Assembly (NCBI GenBank): GCA_036500525.1
Contig: DASYBY010000196.1
Span: 1 to 53,713, forward strand
Reading direction: 5' to 3'
Length of the DNA: 53,713 bases
From: Baekduia sp.
GTDB lineage: Bacteria > Actinomycetota > Thermoleophilia > Solirubrobacterales > Solirubrobacteraceae
Shown here: one piece after another, positions 19,143-28,740 of the stretch
Numbering within the stretch: the stretch's first letter is position 1
How the letters are laid out: each line of letters opens with the position of its first letter
Position numbers and translations under genes: made by a program
The notes under the pieces: generated by a model
Databases searched by the model: none
Told to the model about the DNA's origin: nothing
Seen by the model: the letters and a program-made list of their open reading frames with translations, nothing else

Positions 19143-19946
19143 TCAGCCCGTGATCGCCGGGAAGTTCGGGTGGTCCAGCGGCTCGTTGACCTTGAGGCCG
19201 AGGCCGTCCATGCGGTGACACGGCATACCCGTGTAGAGCGCGTCGCGGTTGAACCAGCTCACCGTGTAGACCCAGCGCGTCGAGTCCGTCTCGTTGGCCG
19301 GTGCGTAGTGCAGGGTCATCCGGTCGTGGACGGTGACATCGCCGGGCGCGAGGTGCAGCGGCTCCGACATCGTGTACCCCTCGCCCAGATCGGGGAAGTG
19401 GTCGAGGATGTCGTAGCCGTCGGTCCGGTGCACGAAGCGGCCGAGCAGGCCCGCGCGGTGCGAGCCGTTGAGGAAGCGCATCGTGCCCTTCTCGGGCGGG
19501 CAGTCGACGAGCGGCATCCAGAACAGCAGCGTGCCCTGACGGTCGAACGGGTGGTAGGAGAAGTCCTGGTGCCACGGCGTGTGGCCGCCGCCCTCGGCCG
19601 ATGGCTCCTTGCACAGCGCCTTGTCCTCGTAGAACCGCTCGGGCCGCCCCATCAGCTCGCGGGCCGCCGTGGCCATGCCGAGCGAGTGGCTGAACGCGCC
19701 GAACAGGTCGTCGGCCTTCGACGCGTCCTCGTAGGCCTTGAACATCTTGACGCCCGACCCCTGGAACGGGTTCGCCTTGTCGACCGGAGCGGCCATGAGC
19801 ACCTTGAGGTGCTCCAGCAGCTCACCCGCGAGCTCGGGGTCGTACAGCCCCTCGAGCTTGACCCACCCGTTGCGGCGGAAGGCGGCGACCTCGTCCGCGG
19901 TCACCGCGCGCACGGAATCGACCAGATGGGCTGCGTGTGTGGACAT
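19143..19946 (-). CDS. Phytanoyl-CoA dioxygenase (PhyH) family Fe/2OG dioxygenase
   Basis: TPWHQD, GSH, PGDVTVH, TLHYAPAN..R. RBS GGAGG. Confidence 0.9.
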   Translation of the reverse strand: MSTHAAHLVDSVRAVTADEVAAFRRNGWVKLEGLYDPELAGELLEHLKVLMAAPVDKANPFQGSGVKMFKAYEDASKADDLFGAFSHSLGMATAARELMGRPERFYEDKALCKEPSAEGGGHTPWHQDFSYHPFDRQGTLLFWMPLVDCPPEKGTMRFLNGSHRAGLLGRFVHRTDGYDILDHFPDLGEGYTMSEPLHLAPGDVTVHDRMTLHYAPANETDSTRWVYTVSWFNRDALYTGMPCHRMDGLGLKVNEPLDHPNFPAITG

Positions 19947-19965
19947 TCATTGACCTCCATCAAGT

Positions 19966-19994
19966 CTTACGTTGTGTATCGTGGTTAACGTAGG
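19966..19994. promoter_or_regulatory. Inverted repeat in the divergent PhyH/cyclase spacer
   Basis: CTTACGTT-N13-AACGTAGG. CTTACGTTG also occurs at 10368. Confidence 0.5.
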
Positions 19995-20045
19995 CATCTT
20001 CAGAGGTGCCGTCAAGCACGTCCCCTGGTCAAGGCGAGTGAGCAT

Positions 20046-21038
20046 GTGAGCTGGTCCCCTCCGCAGTACCACGTCAACGACGACGGCAAGGTGGTCGACG
20101 CCACCCCGCCGGAGCTCAACAACTGGGGGCGCTGGGGCGCCGACGACCAGCGCGGCACCGCCAACCTGCTCACCGCCGAGCGGGTCGCCGCCGCGGCCCA
20201 GCTGATCCAGACCGGCGAGCGCCACTCGCTGGCGATCTCGATCGACGGTCGCGCGCCCGGGCACCCCAGCCGCCTGCGTCCCACGCGGCTGAACTCGCTC
20301 ACGGGCACCGACTACCTGTCGGGCTTCAGCATCCCCGCGCCGCCGTTCATCCGCGGCGTGAAGTTCACCGACGACGTCCTGATCATGAACGTCCAGGGCT
20401 CCACGCAGTGGGACGGCCTGGCCCATGTGATCCGCGACGAGACGATGTACAACGGATTCTGGGGCGGCACCGTCACCGCCGCCGCCGGTGCGGCCTTCAA
20501 CGGCATCCACCACCTGCGCGAGAGCATGCTCGGCCGCGGGGTCCTGCTCGACGTCTGCGCCGCCCAGGGCGGAGCGCCGCTGGCGCCCGGCGCGGTGATC
20601 ACGGCCGCGATGCTCCAGGACGCCGCCGACGGACAGGGCGTCGAGCTGCGCGCCGGCGACATGCTGCTGGTCCGCACCGGCTACCTCGGGGCCTGGTACG
20701 CCACGCCGCCCGCGGAGCGCTCGCCGTCCTGGTTCGAGGAGGAGCCGGGCCTCGGGCTGGACACGCTGCCGTGGCTGCACGAGCATGACGTCGCCGCCGT
20801 CGCCTGCGACAACTGGGGCGTCGAGGCGATCCCGTTCGAGCAGCCCGACGGCCCGTCCATGCCCTTCCACCAGACGGCGATCCCCGGCCTGGGCCTCACC
20901 CTCGGCGAGTACTTCTGGCTCGACGACCTGGCCGCGGCCTGCGCGGCCGACGGCCGCTGGGACTGCTTCCTCGCGGCGCAGCCGCTCAACCTCACCAATG
21001 CCTCAGGCACCATGCTCAACCCCATCGCGATCCGGTGA
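20046..21038 (+). CDS. Cyclase family metal-dependent hydrolase (kynurenine formamidase-like)
   Basis: NWGRWGADDQRGTAN, STQWDGLAH, GRGVLLD, DNWGVE, NPIAI. Confidence 0.9.
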   Translation: MSWSPPQYHVNDDGKVVDATPPELNNWGRWGADDQRGTANLLTAERVAAAAQLIQTGERHSLAISIDGRAPGHPSRLRPTRLNSLTGTDYLSGFSIPAPPFIRGVKFTDDVLIMNVQGSTQWDGLAHVIRDETMYNGFWGGTVTAAAGAAFNGIHHLRESMLGRGVLLDVCAAQGGAPLAPGAVITAAMLQDAADGQGVELRAGDMLLVRTGYLGAWYATPPAERSPSWFEEEPGLGLDTLPWLHEHDVAAVACDNWGVEAIPFEQPDGPSMPFHQTAIPGLGLTLGEYFWLDDLAAACAADGRWDCFLAAQPLNLTNASGTMLNPIAIR

Positions 21039-22627
21039 CCACCATGACCAACATCCCCCAGAACGTTGACATCGCCGTCGTCGGCTACGGCCCGACCGGC
21101 TTGGCCGCCAGCTCGCTGCTGGCGGGCCTCGGCCACCGCGTGGCCGTCTTCGAGCGCTGGCCCAGCCTCTACGGTCAGCCGCGGCTCGTGAACCTCGACG
21201 CCGAGGCGGCCCGCATCGTCCAGGCCGCCGGCGACATCGAGAGCGCGCTGCGCGAGTCGACCGAGTTCCAGCGCTACTTCTTCAAGAACGCCGCCGGCCA
21301 GACGCTCGTCGACATGGACTGGTCCGGCGTCGCCGCCTCGGGCTACGCCAGCCACCTCTCGATGTACCAGCCCTACGTCGAGGACGCGATCGACACGCGC
21401 GGCCGTGAGCGCGGCGCGATCGTCCTGCAGGGCCAGCAGGTCATCGGCGTCGAGCAGGACGACGACGGCGTCACGATCACCTCCGAGCCCCGTGACGGCG
21501 GCGAGCCGTCGACGACGCGCGCCACGTGGCTGATCGCCGCCGACGGCGCCAAGAGCACGATCCGCGGGCTGCTCGGCGTGCAGCGCGAAGACCTCGGGAT
21601 GCGCAGCGCGTTCCTCAACCTCGACACGATCGTCAAGCGCCCGCTGGCCGGGACCGACACCTACCGCTTCGATGCGCCCACGGTCGTCACCGCGCCCCCG
21701 CGGATGCACGTGATCGTCCCGATCGGCACGCGCCGGCTGCGGCTCGAGCTCGAGGTCCTCGAGGACGACGACCGCGAGGCGCTGCTGCGGCCCGAGGCCG
21801 CATGGTCGTTCCTGCGCGAGTGGCACGACCTCGGCCCCGACGACGTCGAGATCTACCGCCAGGTCATCTACGAGTTCGACAGCCAGCTGGCGCACGAGTG
21901 GCGCCACGGCCGGATCTTCCTCGCCGGCGACGCGGCCCACCAGATGGCGCCGTTCCTCGGCCAGGGCGCCTGCTCGGGCCTGCGCGACGCGATCAACCTC
22001 GCCTGGCGCTTCGACCTGGTCCTGCGCGGGGTGTGTGACGACGGCCTGCTCGACGGTTACCAGGTGGAGCGTCTCCCCCACGTCAAGACGCAGATCCTGA
22101 TCTCCGCCGGGCTCGGCCAGATGGCGACGGAGACCGATCCCGAGAAGGCCAAGCTCCGCGACGAGGGCTTCCTCAGCGGCGCCGCGGGCGATGTCCCGCC
22201 CGACCCGATCCTCGCCGATGGTGTCCTGCAGCGCGACGCCGACGGCGCGCCGACGGCGCTGGCGGGCGAGCTCGGCCCGCAGGCGACCGTCTCGGTCGAG
22301 GGCCGCGCCGGTCGGGCCGACGACGTCCTCGGCTTCGGCTTCACGCTGCTCTGCCGCGGCATGGAGCCGCTGGCCGGGCTGACCGACGAACACCGCGCGT
22401 TCCTGGAGGCCCTCGGCGCGCACGCCGTCGCGCTCAGCTCCGACCCGGCCACGTCGATGGTCCGCGACGTCGACGGGATCTACACGCGGTTCTTCGACGA
22501 GCACGGGACCGTCGCGGTGCTGGTCCGGCCCGACTTCAGCATCTTCGGCGCGGCCACGAGCAACGCCGACGTGCCCGGCCTGGTTGACGCCCTCAAGGAG
22601 CAGCTCGGCGCGCGGGTCGCCGCGTGA
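21035..22627 (+). CDS. MhpA-like FAD-dependent aromatic hydroxylase
   Basis: GYGPTG, ADGAKS, LAGDAAHQMAPFLGQG, DAINLAW, VRPD. Alternative start at 21044. Confidence 0.9.
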   Translation: MTTMTNIPQNVDIAVVGYGPTGLAASSLLAGLGHRVAVFERWPSLYGQPRLVNLDAEAARIVQAAGDIESALRESTEFQRYFFKNAAGQTLVDMDWSGVAASGYASHLSMYQPYVEDAIDTRGRERGAIVLQGQQVIGVEQDDDGVTITSEPRDGGEPSTTRATWLIAADGAKSTIRGLLGVQREDLGMRSAFLNLDTIVKRPLAGTDTYRFDAPTVVTAPPRMHVIVPIGTRRLRLELEVLEDDDREALLRPEAAWSFLREWHDLGPDDVEIYRQVIYEFDSQLAHEWRHGRIFLAGDAAHQMAPFLGQGACSGLRDAINLAWRFDLVLRGVCDDGLLDGYQVERLPHVKTQILISAGLGQMATETDPEKAKLRDEGFLSGAAGDVPPDPILADGVLQRDADGAPTALAGELGPQATVSVEGRAGRADDVLGFGFTLLCRGMEPLAGLTDEHRAFLEALGAHAVALSSDPATSMVRDVDGIYTRFFDEHGTVAVLVRPDFSIFGAATSNADVPGLVDALKEQLGARVAA

Positions 22628-23412
22628 GCGCGGGACGGCTGGACGGCAAGGTTGCCCTGATCACCGGCACCGGCGGCGGTATGGGCGCGACCGCGGCCGC
22701 GCTGTTCGCGGCCGAGGGCGCGCGCATCGTCGGCTGCGACGTGCTCGTCGAGGGGGCGCGCGAGACGGTGCAGCGCGTCCGCGCCGCCGGCGGCGAGATG
22801 GTCTCGCTGGAGCCGTGCGACCTCACCGACGCCGCGCAGGCGCAGGCGCTCGTCGCCCTTGCGCTCGACACCTACGGCGGCGTCGACATCGTCTACAACA
22901 ACGCCGCGACCGCGCGCTTCAACACCGTCGCGGACATGACGTTCGAGGAGTGGGAGTACACGATCACGGGCGAGCTGCACCTCGTCTTCCACGTCTGCTC
23001 GGCGGTCTGGCCCCATCTCGTGACGCGGGGCGGCGGCTCGATCATCTCCACCGCGTCGGTCGCCGGGCACCGCGGCTCGGCGATCAACGGCATCCTCGCC
23101 CACAGCACGGGCAAGGGCGGGCTGATGGCGATGTCGCGCCAGCTCGCCGCCGAGGGCGGTCCCCACGGCATCCGCGCCAACACGATCTCGCCCGGCATCG
23201 TCATGAGCCCGGCCACCGAGTCGCGGCTCGAGGACGCCGACTGGCACGAGTCGCAGTTGGCGACGGTGATGCTCGACCGCCTCGGCCGCGTCGACGACGT
23301 GGCCAAGGCGGCGCTCTTCCTCGCCTCCGACGACTCCTCCTGGATCACCGGCATCGACCTGCGGGTCGACGGCGGGATGGTCGCCTGGTCGCCGCGGGCG
23401 CGGCCGTCCTAG
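22624..23412 (+). CDS. SDR oxidoreductase with HxxxK in place of YxxxK
   Basis: TGTGGGMG, YNNA, HSTGK, NTISPG, VDGG. Confidence 0.9.
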   Translation: MSAGRLDGKVALITGTGGGMGATAAALFAAEGARIVGCDVLVEGARETVQRVRAAGGEMVSLEPCDLTDAAQAQALVALALDTYGGVDIVYNNAATARFNTVADMTFEEWEYTITGELHLVFHVCSAVWPHLVTRGGGSIISTASVAGHRGSAINGILAHSTGKGGLMAMSRQLAAEGGPHGIRANTISPGIVMSPATESRLEDADWHESQLATVMLDRLGRVDDVAKAALFLASDDSSWITGIDLRVDGGMVAWSPRARPS

Positions 23413-24767
23413 CCGCGGGGGGCGGCGGCCCGCGCGTCGCCGAAGAGGAACGAGTGGAAGCGCCGCTCCGGGTCCCACGCGGCGCGCAGCGCTTCGAGCC
23501 GAGCCGCGTTCTCGTCGGTCATGTAGCGGGCCTCGGGCCGGCCGAGCAGGTTCTCGTCGGCCAGCTGGATCCCCTTGGAGAGGTGGTCGAGCCGGCGCAT
23601 GTGCTCACCCGGCCAGCGCCCGACCTCGGCCTCGTCGGCGGGGTCGGCCCAGCCCGAGAAGGGCGAGATGTAGTGCTTGCCGGTCACCGACAGGGCGACG
23701 CCGTCCAGCGGCTGCGGCACCCACGGCCACCAGAGCACGTAGGACCAGCGCGTCGGCATGTCGCGCACCATCTCGAGGAAGGCCGGCACGAGCTCGTCGG
23801 CCCCATCGTCGGACCACAGGCTGTCGCCGGCGTAGGCGACCTCGGGCCTGGCGTAGGAGTCGACCAGCTCGTAGAGCTCGTCGAGCGTCGAGGGCACGCA
23901 CGCCTCGGCCACCAGCGCCTTGTCGCGCACCGGCGCCGTCTCCAGCAGCTGCAACGCCGCCCGCGACTCCTCCTCGGTGTCGAAGAGCGCGAAGCCGATG
24001 ACCATGATCATCGCGTCGCCCTCCGCGGTCGGCGACGCGTCGGGGTTGCGGGGGAAGCTCCCCATGAACTGCAGCTCCAGCGCGGCCGGCCACTGCGGCT
24101 GCATCGCGTGCGCCCAGCGCATCAGCTCGTCGGCCTCGTCGAGCGAGTAGGCGTAGATGCTGCGCATCATCGACGCGGGTCGCGGATGACAGCGCAGGTG
24201 GTAGCCCACGACGACGCCGAAGAAGCCCGACCCGGCGCCGCGCGCGGCCCACAGCAGATCGGCGTTCTCGGTCTCCGACGCGTGGACGAGCTCGCCCTCG
24301 GCGGTCACGACGTCGACTGCCGTCACGCTCATGCACGCGGGCCCGAGCGCCCGCGACGTCCAGCCCCAGCCGCCCTGCAGCAGGAAGCCGCCCAGCGCGA
24401 TCGTGGGGCAGTGGCCCGTGGGGAAGAACAGGCCGTGGTCGGCCAGGCCCTCGTTGAGGTCGCGGCCCTTGGCGCCGGGCTCGACCATCGCCGTGCCGGC
24501 GTCCGCGTCGACCGTCCACGCGCCGAGGCCCGAGAGGTCGATCAGCAGCCCGCCGTCGCGCACGCTGGAGGCGGTCCAGCTGTGACCGCCCGAGCGCGCC
24601 TTGACCTTCAGGCCGCGCTCCCGCGCGAGCCGCACCGCGTCGACGACGTCCTGCCGGCTCTCGGCGAACGCGATGCCGTCCGGGTGGCGGTCCGGCTTGC
24701 GCGCGTGCCAGACGACGTCCAGCCGCGCCTGCTCGTAGCCCTCGTCGTCGCGCCAGAGGATCCGCAT
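23409..24767 (-). CDS. FAD-binding oxidoreductase, BBE-like (paralog of 12851..14230)
   Basis: RSGGHS, PTGHC, LLWAARG, SKGIQLADENL. Confidence 0.9.
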   Translation of the reverse strand: MRILWRDDEGYEQARLDVVWHARKPDRHPDGIAFAESRQDVVDAVRLARERGLKVKARSGGHSWTASSVRDGGLLIDLSGLGAWTVDADAGTAMVEPGAKGRDLNEGLADHGLFFPTGHCPTIALGGFLLQGGWGWTSRALGPACMSVTAVDVVTAEGELVHASETENADLLWAARGAGSGFFGVVVGYHLRCHPRPASMMRSIYAYSLDEADELMRWAHAMQPQWPAALELQFMGSFPRNPDASPTAEGDAMIMVIGFALFDTEEESRAALQLLETAPVRDKALVAEACVPSTLDELYELVDSYARPEVAYAGDSLWSDDGADELVPAFLEMVRDMPTRWSYVLWWPWVPQPLDGVALSVTGKHYISPFSGWADPADEAEVGRWPGEHMRRLDHLSKGIQLADENLLGRPEARYMTDENAARLEALRAAWDPERRFHSFLFGDARAAAPRG

Positions 24768-24770
24768 GGC

Positions 24771-26051
24771 CTACGCCTCGACTTCGATCAGCTTGACCTT
24801 GTGGGCCGTCCGGGGCAGCGAGCCCTCGGGGATGGCCTCGACCTGCGGCGTCACCGAGAAGCGCGTGTGCATGCGGCGCACGAGCTCCTCGACCGCGCCG
24901 TCCGCCGCCCCGTCGCTGACCTCGACGCGCATCCGCAGCGGCGGCTCGACCTTCGGGCCGGGCGTGCCGAGCACGATCCGGAAGTGACCGGTCAGTTGCG
25001 GGCGCAGCTCGAACATCAGGTTCTGGATCGCAGCCGGGTACAGCTTGACGCCCTTGATGATGAGCATGTCGTCGGTGCGGCCGATGACGTGCGCGCGCGG
25101 CGCGTCCAGCCCGCACTCGCAGAGGCCGGTCCGGATCTCGTAGACGTCACCCACCGAGGCGCGCAGCTGGGGCTGGGCCTGCCAGTCCAGCGTCGTCTTG
25201 ACCCGCACGCCGATCGCGCCGTCGGCCAGCGGCACCGGCTGGCCCGTGTCGGGGTCGATCAGCTGCTGGATCGAGTGGTCCTCACCGAGCAGGTGCATGC
25301 CGGCGTGGGCCGAGCACGACGCGTTCATCACGCCGTGGACGCCGCCGAGCACGTCGGTGACGGTCGCGCCGCCGAAGCCCTCGCTCAGCCGTGCCCGCAC
25401 CTCGGGCAGGCCCGCGCCGGGCTCGCCGGCGCAGAAGATGTGGCGGACGCCGAGGTCGGCGAGATCGCCCTTCTCGGCGAGGTACTCGCCGTACGACGGC
25501 GTGCAGCAGATCGCGACCGGGCGTACCTGGCGCGCGATACGGATCAGCTTCTCGGAGCCGGCCTCGGCGCCGACCGGGATCGGCCGCGCGCCCATGCGCT
25601 CCAACGCGCGGATGATCGGCACGCCGGCCAGGAACATCGACATCCCGAAGGCGTGCAGGACGGTGTCGCCCGGCTTCACGCCACCGAGCCGGAATGCGCG
25701 AGCCCACAGCTGGTCGGTGATCGCGATGTCGCTCGCGGTGAAGGCGTAGTAGGTCGGGTCGCCCGTCGTCCCAGAGGTCGAGGCGACGCCGACGACGTCC
25801 TCAAGCGGCGCGCAGAGGTGCTCGCCGAACGGGTGGCCCGACTCGGCCAGCGACCGCGCGCGCAGCGTGATCTCGCCCTCCTTGTCGAGCAGCACCGGCA
25901 GCGCCGAAAGGTCGTCGAGGCTGCGCAGCTCCTCGGGTACGACGCCGAGCCGGTCGAGCTGGTCGCGGTAGTGCTCGGAGCCGTCGTAGCAGTGGCGCGC
26001 CGTGGACGCGATGCGCTCGGCGAGGTCTGCGGGGCGCTGGCCGGCGATCAT
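24771..26051 (-). CDS. Phenylacetate-CoA ligase (PaaK/FtsA) family protein
   Basis: STSGTTG P-loop, CTPSY, AGEPG, GRTDDMLIIKGV. Confidence 0.88.
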   Translation of the reverse strand: MIAGQRPADLAERIASTARHCYDGSEHYRDQLDRLGVVPEELRSLDDLSALPVLLDKEGEITLRARSLAESGHPFGEHLCAPLEDVVGVASTSGTTGDPTYYAFTASDIAITDQLWARAFRLGGVKPGDTVLHAFGMSMFLAGVPIIRALERMGARPIPVGAEAGSEKLIRIARQVRPVAICCTPSYGEYLAEKGDLADLGVRHIFCAGEPGAGLPEVRARLSEGFGGATVTDVLGGVHGVMNASCSAHAGMHLLGEDHSIQQLIDPDTGQPVPLADGAIGVRVKTTLDWQAQPQLRASVGDVYEIRTGLCECGLDAPRAHVIGRTDDMLIIKGVKLYPAAIQNLMFELRPQLTGHFRIVLGTPGPKVEPPLRMRVEVSDGAADGAVEELVRRMHTRFSVTPQVEAIPEGSLPRTAHKVKLIEVEA

Positions 26052-26944
26052 GCCTGCCCCGCCGGCTCGCGGACCACCGGCACGAGCCCGTGCTCGCGGA
26101 AGTCGCCCAGATCGTGCCGCGTCCAGAGGCTGAAGAAACGCGGGTCCTCGCGCTCCCAGCGGCCGGGCTCGAACGTGGCCTCGTCATAGATCCGCTGCAT
26201 GTCTGAGTAGTACTCGACGATCAGCGGACCGAAGTCGACGAAGTAGGCCGCGATGTTGCGTCCTACGCCGTGGCGCACGGGGCCCCAGACCAGGTGGCGG
26301 TCGTGGTCGTCGAGCACGTCGCCGAGCCGCGCCAGGTCGGCGATGCCTTCGACTTCCCAGGCCATGTGGTGGATCCGCGCGGGCTCGGCCTGGCCGACGC
26401 CGATGCCGTGGTGGTCGACGTTGCAGCGCAGGAACGCGCCCGCGCCGACGTGGTCGGAGATCCGGAAGTCGAGCACGCGCTGCAGGAACGCGACGAGGCC
26501 GGCCGGGTCGGCGACGTAGAGATTGACGTGGCCGAAGCGCGTCGGGCGGATGCCGGTCGGGGCGTAGCGCGGCTGGTCGTGGCGCATGCCGGTGTAGACC
26601 TCGAAGGTGAAGCCCTCCGGGCCCTGGAAGGCCAGGCCGTCGGCGATCGCCTCGTCCAATGGTGCGTCGGAGACCAGCGGGATCGACTCGGCCTCCAGGC
26701 GCTTGCGCAGCTCCTGCAGCCCTCCGGGCCCGTTGGCCTCGAGGCCGATGTGGTCGAGGGCGTCGACGTCGCCCGCGGCGAGCTGCAGCGAGTGGTGTTC
26801 GGCGCCGTGGGTGAGGTAGACCCAGTCCCCCACGCGCTCCACCTCGCGCAGGCCCATGACGTGGGTCGCCGTCCAGAGCGCGCTGTCGAGGTCGGTCACG
26901 CGCAGCGCGACGTGCCCGACGGCGGAGATGATCGGTCCGTTCAT
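26048..26944 (-). CDS. Two-domain VOC protein, probable type I extradiol dioxygenase
   Basis: FGHVN, DHH, HHMAWEV, WGPVRHGVG, YF...VEYY metal-ligand pattern. Confidence 0.85.
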   Translation of the reverse strand: MNGPIISAVGHVALRVTDLDSALWTATHVMGLREVERVGDWVYLTHGAEHHSLQLAAGDVDALDHIGLEANGPGGLQELRKRLEAESIPLVSDAPLDEAIADGLAFQGPEGFTFEVYTGMRHDQPRYAPTGIRPTRFGHVNLYVADPAGLVAFLQRVLDFRISDHVGAGAFLRCNVDHHGIGVGQAEPARIHHMAWEVEGIADLARLGDVLDDHDRHLVWGPVRHGVGRNIAAYFVDFGPLIVEYYSDMQRIYDEATFEPGRWEREDPRFFSLWTRHDLGDFREHGLVPVVREPAGQA

Positions 26945-27777
26945 GAGGCCTCCGGTGCGACGCAGTGGTTGATGAGCTCGCCGACGCCGTCGACGACGGT
27001 GCGCAGCGTCTGGCCCGCCTCGAGGTAGACCTGAGGGCGGCGGGCGCCGCCGACGCCCGCGGGCGTGCCGGTCATGATCAGGTCGCCCGGGACCAGCGTG
27101 ATGATCTGGCTGATGTACGAGACGATCTCGGCGGGGTTGAAGACGAGGTCGTCGGTCCAGGTGTCCTGCATGACGACGTCGTCGACGAGGCAGGTGAGGT
27201 GCAGACGCGACGGGTCGTCGATCTCGTCGGGCGTGACGAGGAACGGCCCGACGGGCGTCGAGCCCTCGAACGTCTTGCCCTGCAGGAACTGCGACGTGCG
27301 GCGCTGCCAGTCGCGCATCGAGACGTCGTTGACGACGGTGTAGCCGGCAATCGCCGCCAGCCCCTCGTCGAGGCCGACGTGGCGCACCGGCGTGCCGATG
27401 ACCAGCCCGAGCTCGCCTTCCCAGTCGGTCATCTGCGAGTTGGCGGGCAGCACGAGGTCGTCGGTGGGGCCGATCAGGCTGCGCCAGAACTTGCCGAACA
27501 GCGGCGGGTTGTCGAGAACCGCGAGTCCCGCCTCGGCGGCGTGGCCGCGGTAGTTGAGCCCGACGCCGAAGATCTTCTCCGGCCGCGGGACCAGCGGCGC
27601 GAGGTCGGCGTCGCTCAGCGCGAGCGTGTCCTCGCCGCGCTCGGCGGCGGCGGTCGTCCAGTCGGCGCCGGTGGCCAGCAGCTCGGCGACGTCGCCGTAG
27701 GGCAGCAGCGCAAGCTGGTCGCCGTCGAGGCGCGCGGCGCGCGTGCGGCCGTCGATACGGACGGTGGTGACCCGCAT
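26941..27777 (-). CDS. Fumarylacetoacetate hydrolase family protein
   Basis: GLNYRGH, DWEGEL, NDVSMRD, QGK, TGTPAGVG. Confidence 0.93.
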   Translation of the reverse strand: MRVTTVRIDGRTRAARLDGDQLALLPYGDVAELLATGADWTTAAAERGEDTLALSDADLAPLVPRPEKIFGVGLNYRGHAAEAGLAVLDNPPLFGKFWRSLIGPTDDLVLPANSQMTDWEGELGLVIGTPVRHVGLDEGLAAIAGYTVVNDVSMRDWQRRTSQFLQGKTFEGSTPVGPFLVTPDEIDDPSRLHLTCLVDDVVMQDTWTDDLVFNPAEIVSYISQIITLVPGDLIMTGTPAGVGGARRPQVYLEAGQTLRTVVDGVGELINHCVAPEAS

Positions 27778-27778
27778 G

Positions 27779-28675
27779 TCAGGCCTCCCCGCCGGTGTAC
27801 TCCGCGAAGAAGGCCGCGATCCGCTCGACCGCGTCGACGGCCTCCGGGAGGTAGGGGAAGCCGTGCCAGAGGTGGACCATGCCGTCCCATTGCTCGAAGC
27901 TCACGGCGACGCCGGCGGCCGACGCGGCGTCGGCGTAACGCCTGCCGTCGTCGCGGATCGCCTCGCTCGTGCCGACCTGGATCAGCAGCGGCGGGAGGCC
28001 GGCCAGGTCGTGGCTCAGCGGTGAGAGCGCCTCCGAGTCCTGACCCTGCAGCGCCGTTTGGATCATCATCTCGAGCACGGGGCGGTTGACGAACGGATCG
28101 TCGTTGTCGTCCAGCGACGCGGCGCCGAGCGTGAAGTCGACCAGGGGCGACGTGAGCGCCGCCGCGGCGGGCAGTGGATCGCCGCCGTCGCGGATCGCCG
28201 TCAGCGTCGCGGCCGCCAGCCCCCCCCCAGCGGACTCGCCGAGGACCAGCAGGTCGGCCGGGGCGATGCCCTGCGCCAGAAGCCAGCGGTACGCCGTGCG
28301 GGCGTCCTCGACCTGGGCCGGGTAGGGATGCTCAGGCGCGAGGCGGTAGTCGATCGCCAGGGCGCGGCCGCCGAGCTCGCGCACGAGGCGCCCGATCCAC
28401 TCGCGGTTCTCGCGCGCGGAGCCCAGCATGAAGCCGCCGCCGTGCAGGAACAGGATCACCGGCGTGGCCGCCGCGCCCGCCACGGAGATCCACTCGGCGG
28501 GCACGCCGCCGGCATCGACCGCCGTGAACTCGAGGTCGACGGGCAGCTCTCCGGCGCGCTCGGCCTGCCACTGGTCGTTGACCAGGCGCACTTCTTCGAG
28601 GCCGCCGGCGGAGGCGTTGGCCTCCCCGAATGCACGCTCCCACTCACGGGCGCGCTCCAGCTCGGCACTGGGCAT
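27779..28675 (-). CDS. Alpha/beta hydrolase, HSL (family IV) esterase/lactonase
   Basis: HGGG, YRLAPEHPYPA, GESAG, GMVH. Confidence 0.92.
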   Translation of the reverse strand: MPSAELERAREWERAFGEANASAGGLEEVRLVNDQWQAERAGELPVDLEFTAVDAGGVPAEWISVAGAAATPVILFLHGGGFMLGSARENREWIGRLVRELGGRALAIDYRLAPEHPYPAQVEDARTAYRWLLAQGIAPADLLVLGESAGGGLAAATLTAIRDGGDPLPAAAALTSPLVDFTLGAASLDDNDDPFVNRPVLEMMIQTALQGQDSEALSPLSHDLAGLPPLLIQVGTSEAIRDDGRRYADAASAAGVAVSFEQWDGMVHLWHGFPYLPEAVDAVERIAAFFAEYTGGEA

Positions 28676-28702
28676 CAGTTTCTCCTCCTGCGATCAGTCA
28701 CG

Positions 28703-28732
28703 ACGTTAGCGACGCGTATTTCTGCCTAACAT
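28703..28732. promoter_or_regulatory. Internal promoter/operator upstream of the esterase-FAH-VOC-ligase genes
   Basis: ACGTTAG-N16-CTAACAT in an AT-rich spacer. Confidence 0.45.
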
Positions 28733-28740
28733 ACTACTAC

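Noticed and set aside
22584-26189. 1201-aa ORF on + (also 32125-35082, 2492-4648, 13664-15646 and many similar)
   Set aside because: Antisense or off-frame shadows of well-supported genes. Arg/Ala/Gly-rich with no motifs, as expected when stops are rare in high-GC DNA.
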